Assembly: GCA_002426645.1 (NCBI GenBank)
Contig: DIRN01000023.1
Location: forward strand, 4,947-68,946
Direction: 5' to 3'
DNA length: 64,000 nucleotides
Source: Firmicutes bacterium UBA5435
Lineage (GTDB): Bacteria; Bacillota; UBA5435
Position 1 is the first letter of the stretch. Each line of letters opens with the position of its first letter. The notes under the pieces were generated by a model. That model was given only the letters and a program-made list of their open reading frames with translations. It made no database searches and had not been told where the DNA came from. Position numbers and translations under genes: made by a program. This document shows positions 19,089 to 29,425 of this stretch, in pieces.

Positions 19089-19961
19089 GTGGACGAATTA
19101 ATCAAAAAGATTGTAACCCTTGTGGTGATCATCGGTCTTGCAGGTATTCTATTTGTTAACTCTATTCTCATGGTAGATGAGACTCAACAGATTGTCGTAA
19201 CCCAGTTCGGTAAACCTGTGCGTGTGATAAAAGAACCTGGATTGACATTTAAGATACCGTTCATTCAATCTGTTAATATTTTTGAGAAGAGAGCGATAAT
19301 CTATGATGATGAGCCCACCAAGGTAGTTACAAAGGACAAAAAGAATCTAGAGGTTGATAATTATGCTGTTTGGCAAATTGTTGATCCTTTGAAGTTCCTT
19401 GAGACGGTACAGACAGAAGCCAGTTTCTTAGGTAAACTCGATGATATAATTTATGCACAGATGAGACAGGAGTTAGGTCAGTATGATCTCATTGACATTG
19501 TAGTTAGTGAGCGTACAGATATAATGGAGTCTGTTACAGAAAAAGCCAATATAAAGGGTGCAGAATATGGCATTCGTATTATAGACGTTAGAATAAAGAG
19601 AGCTGATCTTCCATCTGAGACTAAGGATCATATATATGCTCGAATGACTACTGAGAGAGAGAAGATGGCGAAGAAGTACCGTTCTGAAGGTCAGGAAGAA
19701 GCCATGCGTATTAGAGCTGAAACTGATAAAGACCGTGAGATACTATTGGCTGAAGCATATAAAAAAGCCGAGATCATCATGGGAGAAGGGGACGCTCTAG
19801 CTACTCGGATTTATGCGGAGGCCTTTGGTCAGGATAAGGAATTCTATGATTTCATACGCTCTCTTGATGCTTACAAGCGGGCTTTGAATGATGATACTCT
19901 ATTAATACTCTCGCCTGATAGCGAATTTTTAAAATATCTAAAGAATAGTAAAGTTTTATAA
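19089..19961 (+). CDS. hflC: FtsH protease modulator HflC
   Basis: PGLTFKIPFIQ, TKDKK, DVRIKRADLP, RSEG.EEA. Start uncertain (19020 or 19089). Confidence 0.92.
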   Translation: MDELIKKIVTLVVIIGLAGILFVNSILMVDETQQIVVTQFGKPVRVIKEPGLTFKIPFIQSVNIFEKRAIIYDDEPTKVVTKDKKNLEVDNYAVWQIVDPLKFLETVQTEASFLGKLDDIIYAQMRQELGQYDLIDIVVSERTDIMESVTEKANIKGAEYGIRIIDVRIKRADLPSETKDHIYARMTTEREKMAKKYRSEGQEEAMRIRAETDKDREILLAEAYKKAEIIMGEGDALATRIYAEAFGQDKEFYDFIRSLDAYKRALNDDTLLILSPDSEFLKYLKNSKVL

Positions 19962-19994
19962 TAAGTTATGGGAATCAAAGCTTAGGTAAGAGTT

Positions 19995-20028
19995 AGTCCC
20001 GTCTATCTGTAACGACGGGGCTTTTTAT
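19995..20028 (+). terminator. Intrinsic terminator after hflC
   Basis: AGTCCCGTC...GACGGGGCT followed by TTTTAT. Confidence 0.6.
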
Positions 20029-20060
20029 CTATAGAAGAGCTATATCGGAGGGGTACTTCC

Positions 20061-23000
20061 TTGTATTTAAAGAGTCTTGAGGTATATGGTTTTAAATCTT
20101 TTGCAAATAAAATTGAATTGCTCTTTGGACCAGGTATTACTGGAGTCGTAGGACCAAATGGTAGCGGCAAGAGTAATATTGCTGATGCTATTCGATGGGT
20201 TTTAGGGGAGCAGAGTGCAAGGTTATTAAGGGGCTCTAAGATGGAAGACGTTATCTTTGCTGGTGCAGATGGAAGGAGGCCTCTGGGTTTTGCAGAGGTT
20301 TCTCTAACCCTTGATAATTCCGATCAGAGCTTACCAGTAGACTTTGCAGAGATAACCATTACTCGCAAGGTCTTTAGATCTGGAGAGAGTGAGTATTATA
20401 TAAATAGAGTCCCATGTCGGTTGCGGGACTTGGTAGAACTTTTTATGGATACTGGGATTGGTAGAGAGTCATATTCTTTAGTTGAGCAGGGTAAGATAGA
20501 TAGTGTGCTAAGTTCGCGACCTGAGGAGAGAAGGCGACTTCTAGAAGAAGCAGCAGGTATTACCAAATACCGTGCTAAAAAAGAGGCCGCTTCTAAGAAA
20601 CTACAAGGGAATCAACAGGATCTCTTACGGATAAGAGATATAATCACCGAGGTAGAAAGGGAACTCGGACCCCTTAAGGAAGAAGCTCATAGGGCTCAGA
20701 AATACTTACAACTCGAAGATGATTTAACCCGTATGGAACTTAACCTTTACAGCAGACGCTTTACTATTCTTAGTTATTATGAAAAAGCATGTAGTGAGAC
20801 CCTTAAAAAATTACGTGAAGAATCTTCAGATGCAGTAAATAAATTGGCTTCTATTGAGGAAGAGGTATATAAGAAGAAGAATGACTTGTCGCGTATAGAA
20901 GAGGATTTAACAGTTTTTCAAGAAAGTTTACGTACTATAGATAGTGAGATATCTGCCATTGAAAAGAAGACCGAGTTAGCAAGGGGTAAGGGAGATGGAG
21001 TACGCGAGCAGAAAGGTCTACTATTAAAGAGGAAACACGATCTTGAGTCGCGTTTAAAAGCAGCCCATTCTAAACTTCTAGAAGGAGAAGAGACCCTTGA
21101 AGAGTTTTTTTCAGAACTTTTGAAGGTCAGATCATATCTTGAAGAGATAGAAACAGAATTAGTTGATGTCAGGTCTCGTTTTGAAACAGCGGTAGAAGAT
21201 GTAGAAAAGGGTAAGACTGACATGATAGATCTCTTAAATGAGATAGCTGAGAAGCGAAATGTGATAACTCGCTCTGAAGCAGAAGAAGGAGCTCTTTTAA
21301 GAGAACTAGATCGTCTTCGAGGTGAGGTTCTCGAGAAAGACGAAGTTATTGGAGAAAAACGCTCTGAACTCAGGACGATACGTGAGAGAATAGAGAAACT
21401 CCAAGGCGAAGGAAGCTCTTACCGAGAAACGTTAAATAATGTCCTTGCTGCTAAGGAAAGATTAGAGTTGGATTTAGCTACAAGACAGAACAAGTTAGAT
21501 GAATTAAAGAATGATCTAAATCAAGTATCTTCAAAGCTAAAGGTCTTTTTGAATCTAAGGGAGAATCATGAAGGTTACATGAGGGGTGTACAAGCTATTC
21601 TCTCATTGGCTAAAAAACACCCTGACTTCGCTGGCATTATTGGGGCTGTTGCTGAAGTCTTAAAGGTTGAACCACGCTATCAGGTAGCCATTGAATCTGC
21701 CTTAGGTAGCAGGGTACAGTTTATAATCACTGAGTCTGATAAGGATGTAGAAATAGCCATAGATTATTTGAAACGAACTAAGAAAGGAAGAGCTACATTC
21801 CTTCCTTTAACTATGATTAGACCCACATATTTATCGGGCAATGAAAAGCAGGTGTTAAGGAGAAGAGGCATCCTAGGCCTTACTAGCTCTTTTGTATCCT
21901 TTGATCCTAAATATGAGAAGGTTGTAATGAACTTGCTAGGCCGCGTGTTACTGGCTGAAACCTTAAATGATGCTATTACAGTTGCAAAAGATTTTAGATC
22001 TTTGCGTATTGTTTCACTTGACGGAGACTTGATAAACCCTGGAGGAATAATCACAGGAGGAAGCTTCCAAGAACGCGATGATGGCGGTTTACTAGGCAGA
22101 AATCTTATTATCGAGGAGTTAGAGAGGGAGGGGACTTCCCTTAGAAGAAAAGTCACTGAGTTAGAGGAAGAGATCAAGGTTCTAAAGGCGAGAGACCTTA
22201 ATGATTTGGTAATACGCGCACAAGAGATTCAGGATTATATTCGAGAAGGACATTTCTCTCTTGGGGAGGCTAAAAAGAGAGACGAAGAGATAACTTCACA
22301 GCTTACAGACTTACTTAGGAGGTCAGAAGGTCTTACACTGGAGATCTCTGATAGAGAAGGAGTTCTTAAAGAGGTAAGAGAGAGAAAGGAATCAGCTAAG
22401 TGTGCCTTAGAAACTTTAGTTAACAAGAAGAGTGCTCTTGAGAAAGGTGTTGGTGCTGCACAAGAAGGAAATACTATCCTTGAAGATAAGGTGAGGCGCC
22501 TCTCTTCTGAGGCTGTAGAGGTTCGTGTGAAACTAGCTGCTATGGAGGAGAAGGTAACTGCTGCTGAAAATGAGGTAGAACGTTGTAAATCTAACTGTTC
22601 TACATTAAAGGCAGAATTAAACTCAATCGAATCTGAAATGCATGCACTTTCTGAGAGAGAAGTGGTATTAACGAAAGAACTTTCTTCTTGGAATGATGAG
22701 AAGAATAACTTAGTTAGATCTCGCATAGATACAGAGGAGAAGGTTAGGTCTCTTAAGGGTGAAAAAAGTTTACTTACCGCGGCTTTGTATGGGATTGAGA
22801 AAGAGATGCGTATCCTTGAGGTGCGAATTAATAAGCTCAGGGAAGAGATACACGCAAATGAAATTGTAGAGTCACGTATTTTCATGGAGATGAAATCCAT
22901 TAAGGAAAGGGTTTATGAGGAGTATAACCGTTCTTCTGAAGAACTTATAAACCATGATTATATAAAGGAGATAGAGCCCAATAAGGATTTCCGTTTTATG

Positions 23001-23705
23001 GATATCTCATCTATTGATGATGAATCTCTTCTTTTAGATATAGCTAGGGTGAAAGGGGATATGCAGAGGTTAGAACCTGTGGCTTTAGGGGCTATAGATA
23101 GTTATAAGGAACGTAAAGAGCGATATGATTTTCTTACATCACAGTATGAAGATTTGATACAAGGTCGTAATAAGCTCTTCCAGGTTATTCAAGAGATAGA
23201 TAAGACGATAAAGAAGAGATTTAAAGAGACGTACGAGGTAGTCAAGGTTCATTTTCAACAGATCTTTGAAAAACTTTTCGGTGGTGGAAAAGCAGAACTC
23301 ATCCTTGAAGATGAGAATGATATTCTGCAAACAGGATTAGATATAATAGCACAACCACCGGGTAAGAAGCCTCAAAACCTTTCATTGTTATCTGGAGGAG
23401 AACGGGCCCTTACGGCAATAGCCTTTATCTTTGCATTAATAGAGATGCGCCCTCCGCCTTTCTGCGTTTTAGATGAGATAGATGCTAGCCTTGACGAGGT
23501 AAATGTAGAACGATTTGCCCTATTATTAAAGGAGTTCTCTTCTACGCTTCAGTTTATAGTTGTAACTCATAGGCGTCCAACTATGGAGGTGGCTGATGTT
23601 ATCTATGGTGTGACTATGGAGCAGACAGGCATATCAAAGGTGCTCTCTGCTAAGTTTAGCGAAGATGTTGATGAATTAAATTTTTCTAATGGAAATACAG
23701 AGTAA
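20061..23705 (+). CDS. smc: Chromosome segregation protein SMC
   Basis: GPNGSGKSN, coiled coils, hinge GRATFLPL, LSGGE, LDEIDA. Confidence 0.97.
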   Translation: MYLKSLEVYGFKSFANKIELLFGPGITGVVGPNGSGKSNIADAIRWVLGEQSARLLRGSKMEDVIFAGADGRRPLGFAEVSLTLDNSDQSLPVDFAEITITRKVFRSGESEYYINRVPCRLRDLVELFMDTGIGRESYSLVEQGKIDSVLSSRPEERRRLLEEAAGITKYRAKKEAASKKLQGNQQDLLRIRDIITEVERELGPLKEEAHRAQKYLQLEDDLTRMELNLYSRRFTILSYYEKACSETLKKLREESSDAVNKLASIEEEVYKKKNDLSRIEEDLTVFQESLRTIDSEISAIEKKTELARGKGDGVREQKGLLLKRKHDLESRLKAAHSKLLEGEETLEEFFSELLKVRSYLEEIETELVDVRSRFETAVEDVEKGKTDMIDLLNEIAEKRNVITRSEAEEGALLRELDRLRGEVLEKDEVIGEKRSELRTIRERIEKLQGEGSSYRETLNNVLAAKERLELDLATRQNKLDELKNDLNQVSSKLKVFLNLRENHEGYMRGVQAILSLAKKHPDFAGIIGAVAEVLKVEPRYQVAIESALGSRVQFIITESDKDVEIAIDYLKRTKKGRATFLPLTMIRPTYLSGNEKQVLRRRGILGLTSSFVSFDPKYEKVVMNLLGRVLLAETLNDAITVAKDFRSLRIVSLDGDLINPGGIITGGSFQERDDGGLLGRNLIIEELEREGTSLRRKVTELEEEIKVLKARDLNDLVIRAQEIQDYIREGHFSLGEAKKRDEEITSQLTDLLRRSEGLTLEISDREGVLKEVRERKESAKCALETLVNKKSALEKGVGAAQEGNTILEDKVRRLSSEAVEVRVKLAAMEEKVTAAENEVERCKSNCSTLKAELNSIESEMHALSEREVVLTKELSSWNDEKNNLVRSRIDTEEKVRSLKGEKSLLTAALYGIEKEMRILEVRINKLREEIHANEIVESRIFMEMKSIKERVYEEYNRSSEELINHDYIKEIEPNKDFRFMDISSIDDESLLLDIARVKGDMQRLEPVALGAIDSYKERKERYDFLTSQYEDLIQGRNKLFQVIQEIDKTIKKRFKETYEVVKVHFQQIFEKLFGGGKAELILEDENDILQTGLDIIAQPPGKKPQNLSLLSGGERALTAIAFIFALIEMRPPPFCVLDEIDASLDEVNVERFALLLKEFSSTLQFIVVTHRRPTMEVADVIYGVTMEQTGISKVLSAKFSEDVDELNFSNGNTE

Positions 23706-23758
23706 GTTATATCCCTCTTATAGAAGTAGGGGTGTTCTTTGTGAATTATAGGACTGGT

Positions 23759-23839
23759 AGGAGGTGGAAGGACCTGATCTAATGGATTCTCTATATAAAA
23801 GAGCGAGGATAGAGACCAATATAGCAGGTCGAAAAATTG
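23759..23839 (+). promoter_or_regulatory. Hairpin-bridged ribosome-binding site of the tandem JAB gene
   Basis: AGGAGGTG (23759-23766), 60-nt hairpin closed by GACCTG/CAGGTC (23771-23830), 6 nt, TTG 23837. Confidence 0.65.
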
Positions 23840-24973
23840 AAAATCAAAGGTATTTCTAAAGATTTAGTGGATGCGCTGGTATTGAGGACAGTGGAGTTAG
23901 GACAGGGTAGGGGTTCAGGGGTTCTTGGCTTTTGTGATGAAGATGGATATATTACAACTGCCTCTCAAATTATCGATGGGGGACTAAAAGGAGTGCCTCT
24001 TAGGAAACTCCTTATCAGCATAGCCGGGGCTGAGAAGCTCTCATTATTAGAATTGGTGGAAGCTCTTCCTGATAATGCCGTTTTAATAAGTACGCGACCT
24101 GGTAAGACTGGTCTTAGCACAGACGTGGGAAGCATAAGCTTTTTTAACCTACCTCTGATTACTATCGGTGTTAAAGGACAGGAATCAGCGGGAGTAGGGA
24201 TTATATATCCTGAACCTAGGTTCTTTGATTTAGCTACAAAGTCTGAAAAATTAAGACTTAAAACTTTGGAAGCTAAGACCATGGATGAAGAGAGGGAGAT
24301 ATTAAGGGAATCCTTTAATTTGGACCTTCAATATCTTGAAGTAAGTTCTGAACTTTCAGTCGTTGATATGCCTTTCACCACCATAGAAGAGTATGGCAAA
24401 AAGCGAAAAGGAGTAAGATTCCCTCGTCTTCCTGTAACTTCTTTAGATGAGCACTTTGCCAATAAAATGGTGGCTAAGTCATTGGCTGTAGGTCAGGGAC
24501 GTGAAGTGGCAGCTATTGGACGTATAGATTCTAATGGGCATGTTACTCTTGTTGGAAAGATAGTTGCTGGGGGAATAGGTTATGTTCCTTCCCGCCTCTT
24601 AGCTTCTAGTGCAGTTGATGTTGCAAGCAAATCATTGAGGGAGATATACGGAAGATTAATGCCGGAGAATATTTGTATAGTTCATACTCATCCAGGCGGA
24701 AGCGGTGTAATGCATATTGGCGATGCTGGGGCTGGACCAGGAGCATGGGGCAGACCTATAATCGCTATAGGCCATGACAAAGACGGCCGTATTAGAGGAG
24801 CAACTGTATTAGAACCTTCAGATAAAATGTTCGAACTTTTTATTGAAGATGAGGACCTATCTTATCGTTTCTTTGAAGCAGAAACCACGCAAGAAGAATC
24901 AGAGATAAGAAATAGGCAATTTGGGGTAGCTCAGGAGTTTACAAACCTTTGTAAAGAGATAGTTTTAAAATAG
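23837..24973 (+). CDS. Tandem JAB/MPN-domain protein (inactive N-terminal half, metal-binding C-terminal half)
   Basis: The two halves align. The C-terminal half has E...HTH-x7-H-x2-D; the N-terminal half lacks these residues. Confidence 0.65.
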   Translation: MKIKGISKDLVDALVLRTVELGQGRGSGVLGFCDEDGYITTASQIIDGGLKGVPLRKLLISIAGAEKLSLLELVEALPDNAVLISTRPGKTGLSTDVGSISFFNLPLITIGVKGQESAGVGIIYPEPRFFDLATKSEKLRLKTLEAKTMDEEREILRESFNLDLQYLEVSSELSVVDMPFTTIEEYGKKRKGVRFPRLPVTSLDEHFANKMVAKSLAVGQGREVAAIGRIDSNGHVTLVGKIVAGGIGYVPSRLLASSAVDVASKSLREIYGRLMPENICIVHTHPGGSGVMHIGDAGAGPGAWGRPIIAIGHDKDGRIRGATVLEPSDKMFELFIEDEDLSYRFFEAETTQEESEIRNRQFGVAQEFTNLCKEIVLK

Positions 24974-25050
24974 AGCTAAACTTTTTATCTGCAGAAATCT
25001 CTAAGATAGATTTTAATAAAGTATTTTAGATGTACGGAGGTAGTAGTGGG

Positions 25051-25986
25051 ATGGTAAAGAACGGCGAAAGAGGCGGTTTCTTTGCCAGATTAAAGAGTGG
25101 ACTGGCAAAGACTAAAGAAGGTTTTATTAATAAAGTTGATGGGATTCTCAAACGGTGTGGAAAAATTGATGAAGAGTTATTCGGTGAGCTAGAAGAGGCT
25201 TTATTCCAAGCGGATGTAGGAGTGCGTACATCTATGGAATTAGTTGAGTGGCTCCGACAACGAGTAAAGGAAGAGCGACTGGAGGACCCTGAAGCCATAA
25301 AGGCTCTCCTCAAAGAACGAATTTTACAGATCCTCCAAAGGGGAGAAGAAAAGGAGAGTATAAACCTACAAGCTAAGCCTCATGTAATTATAGTAGTAGG
25401 GGTAAATGGAGTTGGTAAGACTACAACCATAGGTAAGTTGGGAAAGAAATTTGTAGATGAAAAGAAAAAGGTGCTCTTTGCAGCGGCAGATACATTTCGA
25501 GCTGCCGCCATAGATCAGCTTGAAGTTTGGGCGCGTAGAGTTGGAGCTGATATAGTGAAGCATCAGGAAGGAGCAGATCCTGCAGCTGTCACTTTTGATG
25601 CTTTTCAGGCTGCCCGAGCAAGAAATGTTGATGTCTTAATAATCGATACTGCTGGGAGACTTCATAATAAGGTGAACCTCATGAAAGAACTTGAGAAGAT
25701 AAAGAGGGTCATTAGCCGTGAAGATGAAGGTGCTCCCCATGAAGTACTTTTAATTCTAGATGCCACTACTGGGCAGAATGCTATAGAACAAGCGAAGATA
25801 TTCTATAAAGCAGTGAATATTACAGGTATTGCCCTTACTAAACTTGACGGGACAGCTAAAGGGGGAGTAGTCATAGGTATCTGCGATGAACTGGAGATAC
25901 CTGTAAAGTTCATTGGTATAGGAGAAGGAATCGATGATCTTCGTCCATTTAATAGTAGGGATTATGTAGATGTTCTCTTTGGTTAA
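25051..25986 (+). CDS. ftsY: Signal recognition particle receptor FtsY
   Basis: GVNGVGKTTT, DTFRAAA, DTAGR, TKLDGTAKGG. Confidence 0.97.
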   Translation: MVKNGERGGFFARLKSGLAKTKEGFINKVDGILKRCGKIDEELFGELEEALFQADVGVRTSMELVEWLRQRVKEERLEDPEAIKALLKERILQILQRGEEKESINLQAKPHVIIVVGVNGVGKTTTIGKLGKKFVDEKKKVLFAAADTFRAAAIDQLEVWARRVGADIVKHQEGADPAAVTFDAFQAARARNVDVLIIDTAGRLHNKVNLMKELEKIKRVISREDEGAPHEVLLILDATTGQNAIEQAKIFYKAVNITGIALTKLDGTAKGGVVIGICDELEIPVKFIGIGEGIDDLRPFNSRDYVDVLFG

Positions 25987-26006
25987 AGACTAAGTGAAAA
26001 AATTTC

Positions 26007-26076
26007 TTGACAAATCTTTAACGTTAATATATACTGTATTATAGCTGTAAAGCATTATGCCTTTACAGCTATAATA
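26007..26076 (+). promoter_or_regulatory. Sigma-A promoter plus 16-bp inverted repeat upstream of ylxM-ffh
   Basis: TTGACA-17-TATACT (26007-26035), then TATTATAGCTGTAAAG-N8-CTTTACAGCTATAATA (26037-26076). Confidence 0.75.
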
Positions 26077-26129
26077 ATTCTTGCAAGGGGAGTAGATGTA
26101 GCCCTTTATCTCTAAGGAGCGAGGGTGGT

Positions 26130-26489
26130 ATGAAGATGGTCGCAAAGATGGTAAGGATGGTACTGCTTTTCGATGTTTATGGAGAACTTCTCACCCCGCG
26201 CCAACGAAAGTTCTTTTCACTCCATTATGAACAGGATTTATCGTTAGGAGAGATATCTGATGAGTTTGGTATAACTCGTCAAGCTGTCTATGACATTTTA
26301 AAGCGGGCTGAAAATAGCCTCGAAAACTATGAAACTAGGTTGGGCCTAGTAGCGCGCTACTTAGATAATAAGCGTGAACTTGATGCGCTACTTGATAAGG
26401 TCAATGAGCTTTATGAGAAGGGAAACGATGAGTGGAACGAGTGTCTCCAGCTCATTACAGAAAAGATCATGGAACTTCTTAATAAGTAA
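26130..26489 (+). CDS. ylxM: YlxM-family DNA-binding protein
   Basis: YGELLTPRQ, DLSLGEI, TRQAVYD. Lies upstream of ffh. Confidence 0.92.
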   Translation: MKMVAKMVRMVLLFDVYGELLTPRQRKFFSLHYEQDLSLGEISDEFGITRQAVYDILKRAENSLENYETRLGLVARYLDNKRELDALLDKVNELYEKGNDEWNECLQLITEKIMELLNK

Positions 26490-26501
26490 GGAGGATATCT
26501 T

Positions 26502-27848
26502 GTGATATTTCAAAACCTCTCTGAAAAAATACAAAATACCCTCAAGAAACTGCGTGGTAAAGGTAAGCTCACAGAGAAGGATGTAAACGAGGCACTGCGC
26601 GAGGTCAGGTTAGCCCTTTTAGAAGCAGATGTCAACTTTAAGGTTGCAAAGGAGTTTGTTGAGGCTGTTAGGGAACGATGTGTAGGGCAGGAGGTAATGA
26701 AGAGCTTAACCCCTGGTCAACAAGTGGTTAAGATAGTTGATGAAGAATTACGACGGCTCATGGGTGAGACTAAAAGCGAGCTTAATATCTCTCAAACTCC
26801 TCCTTCCATCATAATGCTAGTGGGCTTGCAGGGCTCTGGTAAAACTACAACAGCTGGGAAACTGGCTAGACTCTTAAAAGCTGAAGGTAAATATCCATTG
26901 CTGGTAGCTTGTGATATATATCGACCTGCTGCTATTAAGCAACTTCAGGTCCTTGGAGAGCAAATAGGAGTTCCTGTCTTCACAATGGGCTCTAATACAA
27001 AGCCTGAGGATATCGCCAAGGCTGCCAGGGATCATGCTATCTCTCAAGGCTATAATCTTATAATCTTGGATACAGCTGGCCGTCTTCACATTGACGATGA
27101 GATGATGGGCGAATTGGTTCGTATTAAAGAACGGGTTCGTCCTCATGAGACTCTTCTTGTTGTAGATGCCATGACTGGGCAGGATGCTGCGAATTTAGCT
27201 AAGGAGTTTGATGAGAATACCGGTATTACTGGTGTGATTCTTACTAAGTTTGATAGTGACACTAGAGGTGGGTCAGCCCTCTCTGTAAGGGCAGTTACAG
27301 GTAAACCCATAAAGTACATAGGTGTTGGCGAGAAACTAGACGCACTAGAACCTTTTCATCCAGATAGGATTGCTCAAAGAATTTTAGGCATGGGTGATAT
27401 CTTAACCCTTATTGAGAAGGCAGAAGCTGTAATGGATAGCGAAAAAGCCGAGGCCATGGCTAAGAAGGTTCTAAAGGGCGAGGAATTTACCTTGCAAGAT
27501 TTCCTTGAACAGCTTAAAGAAGTTAAGAAACTAGGTTCTTATGAAGAGCTTTTAGGCATGTTTCCAGAGATGGGAAAAGCTAAGGGTATGTCTAATCTCA
27601 AAGTAGATGAGAAGGTCTTTGTTCGAATGGAAGCCATTATTAATTCCATGACTCCTGAAGAGAGGGCAAACCCTGGGATAATAAAACACAAAAGAAAAGC
27701 GAGGATCGCGCGTGGGAGTGGCACTAAGACTCAAGATATTAATAGGCTCTTAAAGCAATTCGGCGATCTGAAAAAACTCACAAAACAAATGGCAAACATG
27801 GCACAACCGCGCAAAAGAGGACGAGGGTTTTTACCCTTCTTTAAGTAG
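26502..27848 (+). CDS. ffh: Signal recognition particle protein
   Basis: GLQGSGKTTT, DTAGR, M domain (IINSMT.EER, RIARGSG). Confidence 0.97.
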   Translation: MIFQNLSEKIQNTLKKLRGKGKLTEKDVNEALREVRLALLEADVNFKVAKEFVEAVRERCVGQEVMKSLTPGQQVVKIVDEELRRLMGETKSELNISQTPPSIIMLVGLQGSGKTTTAGKLARLLKAEGKYPLLVACDIYRPAAIKQLQVLGEQIGVPVFTMGSNTKPEDIAKAARDHAISQGYNLIILDTAGRLHIDDEMMGELVRIKERVRPHETLLVVDAMTGQDAANLAKEFDENTGITGVILTKFDSDTRGGSALSVRAVTGKPIKYIGVGEKLDALEPFHPDRIAQRILGMGDILTLIEKAEAVMDSEKAEAMAKKVLKGEEFTLQDFLEQLKEVKKLGSYEELLGMFPEMGKAKGMSNLKVDEKVFVRMEAIINSMTPEERANPGIIKHKRKARIARGSGTKTQDINRLLKQFGDLKKLTKQMANMAQPRKRGRGFLPFFK

Positions 27849-27873
27849 AAAGTAATACGGAGGTGATATAAAA

Positions 27874-28194
27874 GTGGCTGTAAAGATAAGATTATATCGG
27901 ATGGGGGCGAAGAAGAGACCAATGTATCGCGTTGTGGTAGCTGACTCCAGGTCTCCTCGTAATGGAAAATTTATTGAAATAATAGGACATTATAATCCTA
28001 TTAGCGAACCCTCACAACTTTCGATAGATGAAGAGAAGGCGTTAACTTGGTTAAAGCGAGGAGCTCAACCTACAGATACCGTTAAGAAACTATTAGAGAG
28101 AGCTGGCATCATCGGGAAATCTGCTGAAAGAGATGAAACCGACGCCGTTGTCGCAGAAGAAGAGCAGGAGGTATCGGAAGCGCAGGAGGTGTAA
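27874..28194 (+). CDS. rpsP: 30S ribosomal protein S16
   Basis: [27 protein letters not shown]. Confidence 0.97.
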   Translation: MAVKIRLYRMGAKKRPMYRVVVADSRSPRNGKFIEIIGHYNPISEPSQLSIDEEKALTWLKRGAQPTDTVKKLLERAGIIGKSAERDETDAVVAEEEQEVSEAQEV

Positions 28195-28201
28195 GATAAG
28201 A

Positions 28202-28432
28202 ATGAAAGAGTTAGTTGAGTATATAGCGAAGTCCCTTGTGGATAATACAGATGAGGTGAGCGTAAGTCAGGTAAATGGCGAGAGGGCTGTTATACTTGAA
28301 CTTCGAGTTGCTCAGGAAGACATGGGAAAGGTCATTGGAAAGCAAGGACGAATAGCTAAAGCAATGAGAACAATAGTTAAAGCGGCTGCAACAAAGGAAG
28401 GCAAGAGGGCAGTAGTTGAGATCCTTCAATGA
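28202..28432 (+). CDS. khpA: KH-domain RNA-binding protein KhpA
   Basis: [14 protein letters not shown]...[11 protein letters not shown]. Confidence 0.95.
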   Translation: MKELVEYIAKSLVDNTDEVSVSQVNGERAVILELRVAQEDMGKVIGKQGRIAKAMRTIVKAAATKEGKRAVVEILQ

Positions 28433-28474
28433 AATATTTTCAACATATAAAACGAGGAATTCGAGGTGTAAAAG

Positions 28475-28888
28475 GTGGAAAGCACTACAATAAGACGTCC
28501 TGTAACTCTAAAGGTCGTTGTTACTCCAGAGCTTAAAAAGGAGACTCTCGAGGGTCTCAAAGAGGCTATAAGAGAGATCGAAAAAGAGATCGCAGCTATT
28601 GATGGTGAAGCTAAAAGGCTTATACCTGACTTAGAGCGAAAGAACTTAAAGCAAGCGATGGAATTAAAGAGGCAGATAGAGGTAGAACGAACGAAACGTA
28701 CGGATTTGAAGGTGTCTATGGAAGCACGAATCCAGGAAGCACAGGCTTGGGAATTAGACGAAGAGGTAGTCCAGGGTAGACTTGAGGGCATCGCTGAAGT
28801 TAAAGTCGGCGATAATCTTAACGAGATATTAAGTACATCCATTGTAGTAAAGGATAATAAGGTGATTAAGATAACTAGTGAGGGATAA
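28475..28888 (+). CDS. ylqD: YlqD-family protein
   Basis: IRRPVTLKVVVT, coiled coil, VKVGD...IVVKD. Lies between khpA and rimM. Confidence 0.85.
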   Translation: MESTTIRRPVTLKVVVTPELKKETLEGLKEAIREIEKEIAAIDGEAKRLIPDLERKNLKQAMELKRQIEVERTKRTDLKVSMEARIQEAQAWELDEEVVQGRLEGIAEVKVGDNLNEILSTSIVVKDNKVIKITSEG

Positions 28889-28894
28889 CCCTTG

Positions 28895-29425
28895 ATGAAC
28901 TCAAAGGAACTCTTCACAATTGGACAGGTCGTTGCCCCTCATGGAGTCCGGGGCGAACTTAGAGTATTACCGTTGACAGATTTCCCAGAACGATTCATTA
29001 AAACCAAACATGTTTATGTTTGCAAAGATGAAAAGGTTCAATTAAGAAGTGTCTTACAGAGCAGACTCCATAAGAATATAGTTATATTGAAACTTGATGA
29101 GTGCGAGACTGTGGAAGATGCAGAGCTATTAAGGGGTGCAAAACTCAAGGTTAATGAGGCGGAATTAGTTCCACTACCACCAGGACATTATTATGTCCAT
29201 CAAATTTGTGGACTCTCTGTATATACCCTTGAGGGAGAGCGAATCGGGATCGTCAGTGACATCCTTGAGACAGGAGCTAACGATGTCTACGTTGTTTCTC
29301 CTGATACTGAAATTAGCAGTCCACGGCAGATCCTTATCCCTGCACTCAAAGAAGTTATTAAGGAGATAGATTTACAGGGAGGAAAGATATTAATTGATCC
29401 TATCCCAGGTCTCCTCGAGAGGTGA
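28895..29425 (+). CDS. rimM: Ribosome maturation factor RimM
   Basis: [27 protein letters not shown]. Confidence 0.95.
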   Translation: MNSKELFTIGQVVAPHGVRGELRVLPLTDFPERFIKTKHVYVCKDEKVQLRSVLQSRLHKNIVILKLDECETVEDAELLRGAKLKVNEAELVPLPPGHYYVHQICGLSVYTLEGERIGIVSDILETGANDVYVVSPDTEISSPRQILIPALKEVIKEIDLQGGKILIDPIPGLLER

